From Chiloscyllium plagiosum (lineage: Eukaryota), in assembly GCF_004010195.1 (NCBI RefSeq), contig NW_025214405.1, forward strand, positions 1 through 43,024: 43,024 nt of DNA. The letters are read 5' to 3'. Below the pieces are notes generated by a model. The model did no database searches. It worked only from the letters and a program-made list of their open reading frames with translations, and was not told the DNA's origin. The translations under genes and the position numbers were made by a program. Positions 1 through 10,799 of the stretch are shown here, in pieces. How positions within the stretch are numbered: position 1 is the stretch's first letter; the number at the start of each line of letters is the position of its first letter.

Positions 1-35
1 CTGGGAATACCAGGTGCAATACACTTTATAATAGA

Positions 36-150
36 CCCTCTTGTGGTGCAGTGGTAGTGTCCCTACCCTGGACCAAGAGGCCCAGGTTCAAATCCCACCT
101 GCTCCAGATGTATATAATAACTTCTCTGAACAAGTTGATTGGAAAACTAG
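36..150 (+). mobile_element. tRNA-derived SINE head (family other than HE1)
   Basis: A box TGGTGCAGTGG and B box GGTTCAAATCCC; no complete cloverleaf. Confidence 0.6.
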
Positions 151-217
151 GTTAATTTTTTTCCAACCCCACTCTTTGATACCTGTGTATGCACTATCTT
201 TTCTTAGCTACTATAAG

Positions 218-326
218 TTCTGAAGAAGGATCATCAGATCTTAGACACTAACTTTGCTTTCTTTGCACAGATCATGCTAGGCTCTTTGAGTTTCTCCAGC
301 AATTTCTGATTTTTGTTTCTGGTCTG
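218..326 (+). mobile_element. Old, degenerate Penelope terminal repeat (similar relics at 8878-8960 + and 16710-16790 -)
   Basis: ctgaagaagg...cacaga..gagtttctccagcaatttctgatttttgtttc resembles the family A end. Confidence 0.55.
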
Positions 327-489
327 ACTAGTTTAGTAAGACGTCCTTATTTTTATTCTCCATATCCTGACTTGCCATTTTTTCTCTGTTGCTGAATCAA
401 AATTCTGGAACTGCCAAGCTTCAGATCATAGACAGTCATGTTTGAAAACAGTAGCCAACTGCCACTTTATACTAGAGATGGCATTATTT

Positions 490-665
490 TCCTTTCATAA
501 TTATTGTAGAAGATGCTGTTAGACCTCTCCTGGAGTATTGCATACAGTTTGGGCCCTACGTTATAACAAAGGTGTGAATGCACGCACTGGAGAGAGTGCA
601 GAAGTGATTTAAAAGCATGGTTCTAGGAATGAGAAATTTGTTATGAGGACAGATTAAAGCAATTG
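490..665 (+). mobile_element. Degenerate CR1 RT C-terminal fragment
   Basis: gttagacc..ctggagtattgcatacagtttggg..ggagagagtgcagaag (LEYC.Q / ERVQ). Confidence 0.6.
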
Positions 666-780
666 TTTACCAGGGAGAAGTATAAAAGTACACCATCTAC
701 TTTGTAGGATTCAAATACTGAATATGGAGTGAATTCATTGTGCAGTATTCCCTTAAAGTAATTTTACAATGTTGTCTTGC

Positions 781-1572
781 ATAGAACATAGAACGTTACA
801 GTGCAGTACAGGCCCTTCGGCACTTGATGTTGCTCCAACCTGTGAAATTAATCTGATGCCCATCTAACCTACACTGTTCCAGTATTATCCATCTGTATGT
901 CCAATGCCCATTTAAATGCCCTTAACATTGGCGAGTTTACTTCTGTTGCAGGCAGGCTGTTTCATGCCCCAACTACTTTGAGTAAAGAATTTCCCCGAGT
1001 ATCTGTCCTAAATCTATCACCCCTCAATTTAAAGCTATGTCCCCTCATGCTAACCATCACCATCTGAGGAAAAAGGCTCTCGCTGTCCATCCTATCTAAC
1101 CTCTGACTATCTTATACGTCTCGATTAAGTCACCTCTCAACTTTCTTCTCTCCAATGAAAACAGCCTCAGTTCCCTCAGCCTTTCCGAATAAGACCTTCC
1201 TTCCATACCAGGCAACATCCTAGTGAATATGCTCTGAACCCTTTCCAAAGCTTCCACATCCTTCCTATAATGCGGTGACCAGAACTGCACACAATACTCC
1301 AGGTGCAGCCGCACCAGTGTCTTGTACAGCTGAAGCATGAACTCGTGGCTCCGAAACTCAACCCCCTACCAATAAATGTCAACACACCATATGCCTTCTT
1401 AACAACCCAATCAACCTGGGTGGCAACTTTCAGGGATTTATGCACCTGGACACTGAGACCTCTCTATTCATCTACACTGCCAAGAATTTTACCATTAGCT
1501 CAGTACTCTGCATTCCTGTCACTTCTTCCAAAGTGAACTACCTCACACTTTTCTGCATTAAACTCCATGTGC
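781..1572 (-). mobile_element. CR1/HER1 LINE 3' fragment
   Basis: LYKTLVRLHLEYCVQFWSPHYRKDVEALERVQ...RGDLIETYKI; 3'UTR and (atagaac)n tail. Confidence 0.93.
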
Positions 1573-2101
1573 CTTGGTATATTTTGCTGCATTAAATACA
1601 CTATAAAAACACAAGTGTTATTTTTAATAACAGTAAATTCTCAAGTGACACAAATATTCTGCATTGAAATCTATTTCTTTTGTCAAATAATGAGCAGCTT
1701 CTCATTCTTTTAAGGTGTTAGGTACACTATTGTACTGCAAAATGTTTATCTCACTGTTTGCAGGAACACATACCAATTGCGGTAAAAAGTCAATATTCAA
1801 CTGCTTTTGGTTTCTGACTATCTTCCTTAAAAAATTCAGTTTTCTCCTTTTGTTTCTGGAGGCACTAATCCATAGCATAACACACGAGGGATGTTGCTGA
1901 AGTCAATATTTTTTATATGTGATCCCAAACCAAGTATATGTGCAGAATCCATGACTTGAAGGGGACTGATTGGGTTCTCATGGATTCTTCAGACAAGTGT
2001 AATATGCACCAGTGGGTAATTAGTTTAGAGTAGAGTTTCAAGGTGAACTTTCTCTTTCCAATTTAATCATTTTGATTAAATTATGAACTACGATGAAATA
2101 A

Positions 2102-2425
2102 GCGTGGTGGCTCAGTGGTTAGTACTGCTGCCTCACAGTGCCAGGGACCCGGATTCAATTCCCACCTTGGACAACTGTCTATGTGGAGTTTGCATATTCT
2201 CCCCGTGTCTGCGTGGGTTTCCTCCGGGTGCTCCGGTTTCCTCCCACAGTCCAAAGATGTGCAGGTTAGGTTAATTGGTCATGCTAAATTGCCTGTAGTG
2301 TCAGGTGTATTAGTCAGGGTGAAGGTAGGGGAATGGGTCTGGATGGTTGCTCTTCGGAGGGTCGGTGTGGACTTGTTGGGCCAAAAGGCCTGTTTCCACA
2401 CTGTAGGGAATCTAATCTAATCTAA
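2102..2425 (+). mobile_element. HE1-type tRNA-derived SINE
   Basis: A box TGGCTCAGTGG, B box GATTCAATTCC, central gtgtctgcgtgggtttcctccgggtgctccggtttcctcccacagtccaaagatgtgcagg, CR1-derived tail and (TCTAA)n. Confidence 0.92.
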
Positions 2426-2644
2426 GCAATAGACTATCTTAGAGAACTGTAGGAACTCTGAGGAACTGAATAATATTACATTGGCTACTATTTATGTCTC
2501 AATCAACTTTATTAAAACAGATTATTTGTTATCTTTGTTTGTTAGATCTTGCACTGAGCAAATTACTGTTGGGTTTATTTACATTTCAACAGTGACAATA
2601 TAAGTGTTTCACTGACTGTGATGGAACATGGAACGTCTCATATA

Positions 2645-3742
2645 AATGCAACTTGGATACAGAACTGGCTTAAAGGTAGAAGACAGAGTGTGGTGGTGGA
2701 GGGTTGTTGTTCAGACTGGAAGCCTGTGACCAGTGGAGTGCCACAAGGATCAGTGCTGGGTCCTCTACTTTTCATCATTTACATAAATGATTTGGATAGG
2801 GGCATACGACGTACAGCTAGTAAGTTTGCTGATGAGACCAAAGTTGGAGGGGGAGTGGACAGTGAAGAAGGTTACCTCAGATTACAACAAGATCTTGATC
2901 AGATGGGCCAATGGACTGAGAAGTGGCAGATGGAGTTTAATTTAGATAAATGCGAGGTGCTGCATTTTGGGAAAGCAAATCTTAGCAGGACGTACACACT
3001 TAATGGTCAGGTCCTAGGGAGTGTTGCTGAACAAAGCGACCTTGGAGTGCAGGTTCATAGCTCCTTGAAAGTGGAGTCACAGGTAGATAGGATAGTGAAG
3101 AAGGCGTTTGATATGCTTTCCTTTATTGGTCAGAGTATTGAGTACAGGAGTTGGCAGGTCATGTTGCAGCTGTACAGGGCATTGGTTAGGCCATTGTTGG
3201 AATATTGCAATTCTGGTCTCCTTCCTATCGGAAAGATGTTGTGAAACTTGAAAGCGTTCAGAAAAGATTTACAAGGATGTTGCTAGAGTTGGAGGATGTG
3301 AGCTATACAGAGAGGTTGAGTAAGCTAGGGCTGTTTTCCCTGGAGCGTTGGAGGCTGAGGGGTGACATTACAGAGGTTTATGAAATCATGAGGGGCATGG
3401 ATAGGATAAATAGACAAAGTCTGTTCCATGGAGTGGGGGGAGTCCAGAACTAGTGGACATAGATTTAGGTGAGAGGGGAAAGATATAAAAGGGACCTAAG
3501 TGGCAACGTTTTCACGCAGAGGGTGGTATGTGTATCGAATGAGCTGCCAGAGGATGTGGTGGAGGCTGGTACAATTGCAACATTTAAAAGGCATCCAGAT
3601 GGGTATATGAATAGGAAGGGTTTAGAGGGATACGGGCTGGGTGCTGGCAGGTGGGACTAGATTGGGTTGGGATATCTGGTCGGCATGGATGGGTTGGACC
3701 GAAGGGTCTGTTTCCATGCTGTACATCTCTATGACTCGATAA
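2645..3742 (+). mobile_element. CR1/HER1 LINE, 5'-truncated
   Basis: SGVPQGSVLGPLLFIIYINDLD...KFADETK...LEYC; 3'UTR and ctatgact tail; frameshifted. Confidence 0.95.
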
Positions 3743-4102
3743 TTCTACAACTTCTATCAAAATAAAATTACCCTGAATATTTTTATTTAAGTAGTTGGTT
3801 CTGTTTCCACATGCTGTTCAAGTCAGTAATTTTTAAAATCTAGTTTCTGATTTTAAACAATACATTGATATAAAATATTCTAAGCCGCCTCCTTAAGAAC
3901 AAAGAGAAAAACAGAAGTAATATTATGAATTCACAAAAGGTCCTCTAATAGCAATGTCTTTGGCAAAATTTAAGCAATACAATTTAACCATCTTGGTTAC
4001 TAGACATCACACATAATATATTACAAAGAAAAAGAGAAAACATATGTTTGAGGAACATTGCTGCTTTTTGAACCATAATGAAGTAGAATACTGGGCTACT
4101 TT

Positions 4103-5468
4103 ATAGAGTCATAGAATCATCAGCCTATTGGCCCATCTGTTCAAGATCCTGTTGTAATCTGAGGTAACCTTCTTCGCTGTCCACTACACATCCAATTTTG
4201 GTGTCATCTGCAAGCTTACTAACTCTACCTCTTATGCTCACATCCAAATCATTTATGTAAATGACAAAAAGTAGAGGACCCAGCACCGATCCTTGTGGCA
4301 CTCCACTGGTAACAGGTCTCCAGTCTGAAAAACAACTCTCCACCACCACCCTCTGTCTTCTACCTTTGAGCCAGTTCTGTATCCAATGGCTAGTTCTCCC
4401 TGTATTCCGTGAGATCTAACCTTGCTAATCAGTCTCCCATGGGGAACCTTGTCGAACGCCTTACTGAAGTCCATATAGATCACATCTACCGCTCTGCCCT
4501 CATCAATCCTCTTCCTCAAAAAACTCAATCAAGTTTGTGAGACATGATTTCCCACGTACGAAGCCATGTTGACTATCCCTAATCAGTCCTTGCCTTTCCA
4601 AATACATGTACATCCTATCCCTCAGGATTCCCTCCAACAACTTGACCACCACCGAGGTCAGGCTCACTGGTCTATAGTTCCCTGGCTTGTCCTTACTACT
4701 CTTCTTAAACAGTGGCACCACTGTCTTCTCGCTCCTCACCTGTGACTATATATCTCAGCAAGAGGCCCAGCAATCACTTCTCTGGCTTCCCACAGATCAC
4801 ACTTGATCAGGTCCTGGGGACTTGTCCACCTTTATGCGTTTCATGATATCCAGCACTTCCTCCTCTGTAATATTTACATTTTGTAAGGTGTCACCATCTA
4901 TTTCACTACTTTCTATATCTTCCATATCCTTTCCACAGTAAATACTGATGCAAAATACTCGTTTTCTGCAGCTCCACACAAAGGCTGCCTTGCTGATTTT
5001 TGAGGGGCCCTATTCTCTCCAGAGTTATCCTTTTGTCCTTACTGTATTTGTAAAATTCCCTTTGGATTCTCCTTAACTCTATTTGCCAAAGCTATCTCAT
5101 GTCCCCTTTTTGCCCTCCTGATTTCCCTCTTAAGTATACTCCTACTGCCTTTATACTCTTCTAAGGATTCACTCGATCTATCCTGTCGATCCCTTACATA
5201 TGCTTCCTTCTTTTTCTTAACCAAACGCTCAATTTCTTTAGTCATCTAGCATTCCCTATGCCTACCAGCCTTTCCTTTCACCCTAACAGGAATATACTTT
5301 CTCTGGATTCTCGTTATCTCATTTCTGAAGGCTTCCCATTTTCCAGGCATCCCTTTACCTGCGAATATCTGCCGCCAGTCAGCTTTTGAAAGTTCTTGCC
5401 TAATACCGTCAAAATTGGCCTTTCTCCAATTTAGAACTTCAACTTTTAGATCTGGTGTATCCTTTTCA
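4103..5468 (-). mobile_element. CR1/HER1 LINE internal fragment with deletions
   Basis: NWRKANF, KSPGPD, GNYRPVSLTSVV, MDFSKAFDKVPH, PQGSVLGP, LADDTK. Confidence 0.95.
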
Positions 5469-6304
5469 ATCAGTATTTTATTATTTTTGTAATTTTTGCA
5501 TTTGGTATTCCCTGGTGTCAAGTAGTTTTTTCTACTCTGTTGCAATAATGCTTTTTTTGTTGCACTTTTGTGAAGCAATTTCCAGTGTATCAATTATATT
5601 TTTTTCCACTTCTCATACAGCAATGAATCTATCCTAGTTTGGCAAGATTACCAGGTTAATGTTAATTTACTCTCAGTTGTGTGCTGTACACCTCAGTCTT
5701 ACAAACAGTTGAGTGCTCGATAATCCTATCACTGAGATTTTTGAGTGATGAACTAAACAAGCTTGAAATCCATTGAGATGTCTTCAGATTGAATGTGAAA
5801 TGAAAACTTTGATACAAGTGAAACATTACTGCATAATTTATCACAATTGGAGTGGAGTAGAATATGACATTGTGATCCAAATTGAGGTCAACCATAGATA
5901 CTTTCTTGAGTTTCAAGAAATGAATGGATTTTACAACTTTCTTTTTGTGGGACAACACATGAGCAAAACACTGAAGATACTAGGTATCTGAATTTATTAA
6001 AAGAAAAGTGACAGGGCAAAGCCAGAGAAGCTTACAGTAATTAACTGAAGGTTTCATGAAGCAACAGTTGAAAATGCTGGGAACAGATTTTGTGAAGTAA
6101 CAAAGATTGTATCCATGTGAATTAAGAAAAGAAATTGGCTGTTAGGCCAAATGAGGCATGAATTTCCACATGAAAATCATCTAAACAGACAAACACGATG
6201 AAGATCAACCCAACAAAACAAAGAGGAAAAAGTTAACATATGGAGCAAGATTGAGGCATAGTCTGAGTTTAACAACTATAGATCATAATGTTGAATCCAG
6301 ACAG

Positions 6305-6391
6305 TTAGAACATAGAACAATAGAACATAGAACAATAAAGCACAGAACAGGCCCTTCGGCCCACGATGTTGTGCCGAACATTTGTCCTAGC
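6305..6391 (-). mobile_element. Extreme 3' tip of a CR1 LINE
   Basis: (tagaaca)n tail followed by acaggcccttcggcccacgatgttgtgccga. Confidence 0.8.
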
Positions 6392-7010
6392 AAATTTGTT
6401 GTAGAGTGCCAAGCCGAAAGATAAAGTCTTGTTCCTCAAACCTGTGTTGAGCTTCCTGAGAATATTGTAGCAGGCACAAAGATCAGCCTATGGGAGCTAG
6501 TTCGAGACTAAGTCCAACAAACAATTGCGAAACAGTCATCAATCTGTATATAGTTTTCCCAATGTAGAAGTCAGTATGAGAGTGAATACAGTGCAATAAA
6601 TTGAGAGGAATGCATATAAATCACTGCTTTATTTGGAAGGTGTATTTGGTGGTTGCATAATGTATGTGCTGGAGAAATGGTGGAAGGTGATCCTTTGAAC
6701 ATAAACACAGATGGGGTGAAAGATAAGAATGAAGGGATCATTCTTTTGTTTGGGGGGCGGGGGAGGGAGTGGGGGGGGTTACAGAAATAGATGAGAGCAG
6801 GGGTTAGTGAAATGGATTCTACACATTGGATGGTCTTGTCAAATATACTGGTTGGGAACCTTCTGTTGAGGAAAAAGGAAAAATTTTGAAAAGTGATGGA
6901 TCATCAGAACACTTGCAATGGCAAAACTTGGAGAATAAAATGGAGGCTCTACAGGAAATATGCTGTGAGGAAGCTATGGAAGTTCATCTGTACTATCTCA
7001 TATGTATTTT
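6392..7010 (-). mobile_element. Highly decayed Penelope-like coding remnant
   Basis: Degenerate similarity to the GIY-YIG region at 19.6-19.8 kb (cttgttcctc, EEQ-like motif; cccaatgta = YIG). No open frame. Confidence 0.4.
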
Positions 7011-7301
7011 CATGGCCCAGAAACATAATAATAGCATCCTATATGATTGGGCCCAGATATTTCTTGATTTTAATACTGGTGCTTCTTTAATCTCTTCAAA
7101 GAATATCAGAGTAAACACTTGTTAAGGAAAGCTTGATGTCAATTATTAAGCTGCTTTTTTTCACATTGAATGATTCCATAGAGAACCACAGTCTGGTCAG
7201 CCAGATGTGGTCACAATTGATGGGATTTACCTTTGCATAGTGTGGGATCATGTTCAAACAACTACCAAAATTGGTGAGTGGTGAAATAACCTCTTTTATT
7301 C

Positions 7302-7498
7302 ATGACTTGGAGGTGCTGGTATTGGACTGGGGTGGACAAAGTTAAAAATCACACAACACCAGGTTATAGTCCAACAGGTTTATTTGAAAGCACTAGCCTT
7401 TGGAGCACCACTCTGAACAGGTATTTACTGTCTAAGTTTGCATATGAAACATTGTCTCTTGTTTTTCTGAAGAAGGAGCAGCTGTCTGAAAGCTAGTG
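7302..7498. mobile_element. Penelope family B terminal repeat (minus, 7302-7412) with a short inverted copy (7467-7498)
   Basis: gttaaaaatcacacaacaccaggttatagtccaacaggtttatttg is shared with 21005-21090. The + strand carries the hammerhead-like ctgaagaaggagcagctgtctgaaagcta. Confidence 0.7.
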
Positions 7499-8532
7499 AT
7501 ATTAATTGGGGAAACTGTTTAGTGTTCTGTAATCTGTTCAGGTCCTGGAGAAGATTGGTAAAGGCTGAATAAATTTATAAACTTTTGTGGAGACGTAATG
7601 GGGATGGTATTGTTTATGATATTCACACCTATGCAGAGATAGCTTTTGATGTAGAATTAGGCCTGGCAAGTGTTTAAGTTGAATGGGTTTGGAACTATTG
7701 CTTTAATATTAGTCTATCTTGCAATTGTAAAATATACTACAGAGCCGCAGCTTTATGTATGAATGAATGAAACCGTGTTATAGTAAATAATGGGATGGTA
7801 ACGGGTTATGAATGAATGAACAGGAATCTGGTATTAATGAATATAACGAGCTGGGGAGTGAGTTAATAAAGATAACCCATAACGTAATATCTCACAATAG
7901 TGAAACAAAAACATAGTATGATTCTTCACTTTATCAAATCTCTTCCAAGAAAGACTGCAAAATATGGAATGGAGGGGGCTTTAAATATAAATTCTGAAAT
8001 GTATAAACATAGAAAATGTACTCCTACCCGTTAGATACTTATAAGGAATACTCTTGCTTCCAATAGGGATGATATCGATATCAGAAGGAATTGAAAATGT
8101 CAGCTAGAAGTGGATTTTAGGCAACTCACCAATCACCTGAGATTAAGTTAAACATTAGGTCTTCAGTGATTACATAGTTTTAATTGGTTACTTATTTTCA
8201 GAATAGCTACAATAATTGACCAGATACAGTTTTCCAATGGTAAAAGCAATTACTCATTTTCTGTGGTACTGAATGCTATGTTCCATCTTTGATACTTAGT
8301 TTTGCTGTTACAACTGATCTGAACTGGGTGATAATAACAAAGTTACAATTGATCTCAACCATCCTATGACCAGCAAGCAAACATAATCCAAAATTTCCAT
8401 TTAAATTTACTGTTGACTTCTACTGAAAAATGAATTGAAGTAAGGTTGAGAATAAGACTGAATAAACATTTGACAGACATGCATTTATAGTGTGTTGTTC
8501 ACAACATCAGAATGACCCAAAGTATCTTACAG

Positions 8533-8750
8533 GTAAAAACAATGACTGCAGATGCTGAACACCAGATTCTGGATTAGTGGTGCTGGAAGAGCACAGCAGT
8601 TCAGGCAGCATCCGAGGAGCAGTAAAATCGACGTTTCAGGCAAAAGCCCTTCATTATTCCTGATGAAGGGCTTTTGCCCGAAACGTCGATTTTACTGCTC
8701 CTCGGATGCTGCCTGAACTGCTGTGCTCTTCCAGCACCACTAATCCAGAA
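8533..8750. mobile_element. Short Penelope-derived fold-back insertion (family A terminal repeat, head-to-head)
   Basis: 88-bp inverted arms at 8567-8654 and 8663-8750 with 1 mismatch. TSD caaagtatctta(c/t)ag at 8518-8532 and 8751-8765. Confidence 0.9.
8660..8687 (+). ncRNA. Minimal hammerhead ribozyme motif (Penelope family A)
   Basis: CUGAUGA-A-GGGC-UUUU-GCCC-GAAA-CGUC. Confidence 0.7.
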
Positions 8751-10195
8751 CAAAGTATCTTATAGTCAGTAAAGCACTTTTTGAAATGTAGTCACTGTTC
8801 TACTGCAGTATCAGGCGTGAATATTTCTTCCCCAGATATTTAAATGTTTTTGATATCCACTGTCTAAGTTTGCATATGAAACATTATCTCTCCATATTTT
8901 CTGGCAGACCTGCTGAGTTTCTCCAACATATTCTGTTTTATTTTATTTCAGATCTGCAGTTGCTGTACCAGTTTGCTTTCATTTTAGCATTTAATAGTTT
9001 CCTGGTTAAATGTACATACTTGTTTCCTTGGTCCAATCTAAAGTCAGGTAACTAAGGGAGTATTACCCATCATACATTTGATGGAGCAAACAGGCTCCTT
9101 AGTGCTGCAAGTGATTCTAATTTGCTTCACTGCTACCCTGTGGTTGAGGAAAGCAAAATTCATACAGGACTTTTCAGCCAAATAACTATCTAGTGACCTC
9201 TCCTGGAGGGAAAACAGGATGATGCTCATTATAGTCACACATTGCACATGCATTCCTCTTTTGGCAAATATAAGATTAGAATGGTTTTTGGGCTTAATAG
9301 CAATGGAAGTAGATGCTTTACACAGTTTCTTCCTAGGTGAGATCATTAAAATATCTTTTAAGTTTGTAAAGTAGAAAATGAAGCAGTGTATAAATCCAAT
9401 TAAAACAGATGGAGCATTTAAGAGATATCTTAACAATTGGAATGAAAAGCAACTGAAAATCTTGGAGAGCATAAAAAGGCATTTCAAAACATTAGCAGTC
9501 TTTGATAAAATTGTTTACAGTTGTTCTTGATTGATACTATAACCCAAATAATACTGATATCAAAAACCACGGTCTGTTCTTTATTTCACTGATCAAAATG
9601 AAGTTACATGTTCAGATGAACAAAGTGATTCTGATCATAACTCTGGTTCCCTATGTGTTCATTCATTGTGAAATAAAGCAGTTTAATAATTTGCACAAAG
9701 CCTTCCTTGATCACATTGTGTTCACACTGATCACCTTTGAAGAGATTAACTGTGAAGGACAAAACAACATAAATTAAGGAAAAGAAACACATTGTGCAGG
9801 AATGGGTAGCACAACACTGTTTGATGATTGAATGAGAAATGGTATTACAACAACATGGTTTCAAGATTTGATGGACTCATGGTTACTCCAACTGCTGTCA
9901 TCCCCATAAATAGACATTGCCGCAAAATTTCAGGGAGAAGTTTCAGATCATCCACGACTGTCACTGTATTTGGGAGCCTTTACTAATCCTTACAGTATTA
10001 CATCTGCTGCCCCTGACAATGAAAACAGTCCTTCACTATCATTGCCAGAGCTTAGAAAAATGGTTGATGCCATTAGCAAGTGATCTTGTGGATGATTAGA
10101 CAATACTGGGTCTCCTTCACACTCATGTCTTCTTTCTTCACATGCACTTATGTTTAGGTTTCTCCAACTTGTTGTTTGCTTGTTTCTTCACATTT

Positions 10196-10522
10196 TCTAA
10201 ACATGGGTGGGAATTTTAAAACTGAGGCAGTTTTTGTTGTTTTTTTAAAATAGGTATTTTTATTGAAAAAAGAAAACTTAAGATTTTTACTGTACTTTTC
10301 TACGTGCTACTATAACCTATCTGAAATGGTGCAGATTCTTGGTGACTGAACATTTGCAAAAAAGTGAGATCTTGTCACCAACATTTGTACTGCAGTTGGT
10401 ATTCCCATGGAGACCACTTGGGATGCTTGTCTAAACATGGGTGGGAATTTTAAAACTGAGGCAGTTTTTGTTGTTTTTTTAAAATAGGTATTTTTATTGA
10501 AAAAAGAAAACTTAAGATTTTT
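10196..10522. repeat. 93-bp identical direct duplication (10196-10288 and 10430-10522) spanning the L1 3' junction
   Basis: tctaaacatgggtgggaattttaaaactgaggcag...cttaagattttt occurs twice, 234 bp apart. Confidence 0.95.
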
Positions 10523-10799
10523 TTACAAAATTACAAAAGTAATGCAAACAAGTATAAGCACCAATATAAAATTAAATAAATAAGAAAAAAAAACAAAAAA
10601 GGGGGAAAAAAACCAACTAACTACTAATCTATCCTTCAAACAACCAAAACAAAAAATGGGATATCATACATTACTATCAGTAAACTACAAAACAATTAAA
10701 TAACTAGATACATGCTCAAAATGGATTTATTTCAAGTCATAACAAAACCAGTATTTATAGGATTCCTCTTCCCAGGGGTCCCCGAACCAGCCAGAACCA

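Noticed and set aside
1774..1896. Assignment of the minus-strand exon-like segments to PIK3C2A (the head-to-head neighbour of NUCB2 in mammals)
   Set aside because: There are only scattered short resemblances (HPxC, DxLPQ) with wrong spacing, and no PIK3C2A N-terminal exon was seen.
2102..2175. tRNA genes at A/B-box sequences (also at 40-100 and 33380-33454)
   Set aside because: These are SINE heads; there is no proper cloverleaf and they continue into SINE bodies.
2618..3244. 208-aa ORF and other RT-like ORFs as host genes
   Set aside because: They are truncated, frameshifted CR1/L1 reverse transcriptase fragments.
6750..6780. G-quadruplex-forming G-run (also the C-run at 27764-27780 and G-rich 40550-40645)
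   Set aside because: Simple low-complexity tracts, mostly within decayed retroelements; no sign of function.
8533..8750. MITE/DNA transposon or CRISPR-like interpretation of the recurring repeats
   Set aside because: The arms are Penelope terminal repeats also found attached to GIY-YIG coding sequence (20060-20193). TSD lengths vary, and there is no regular repeat-spacer array or cas gene.
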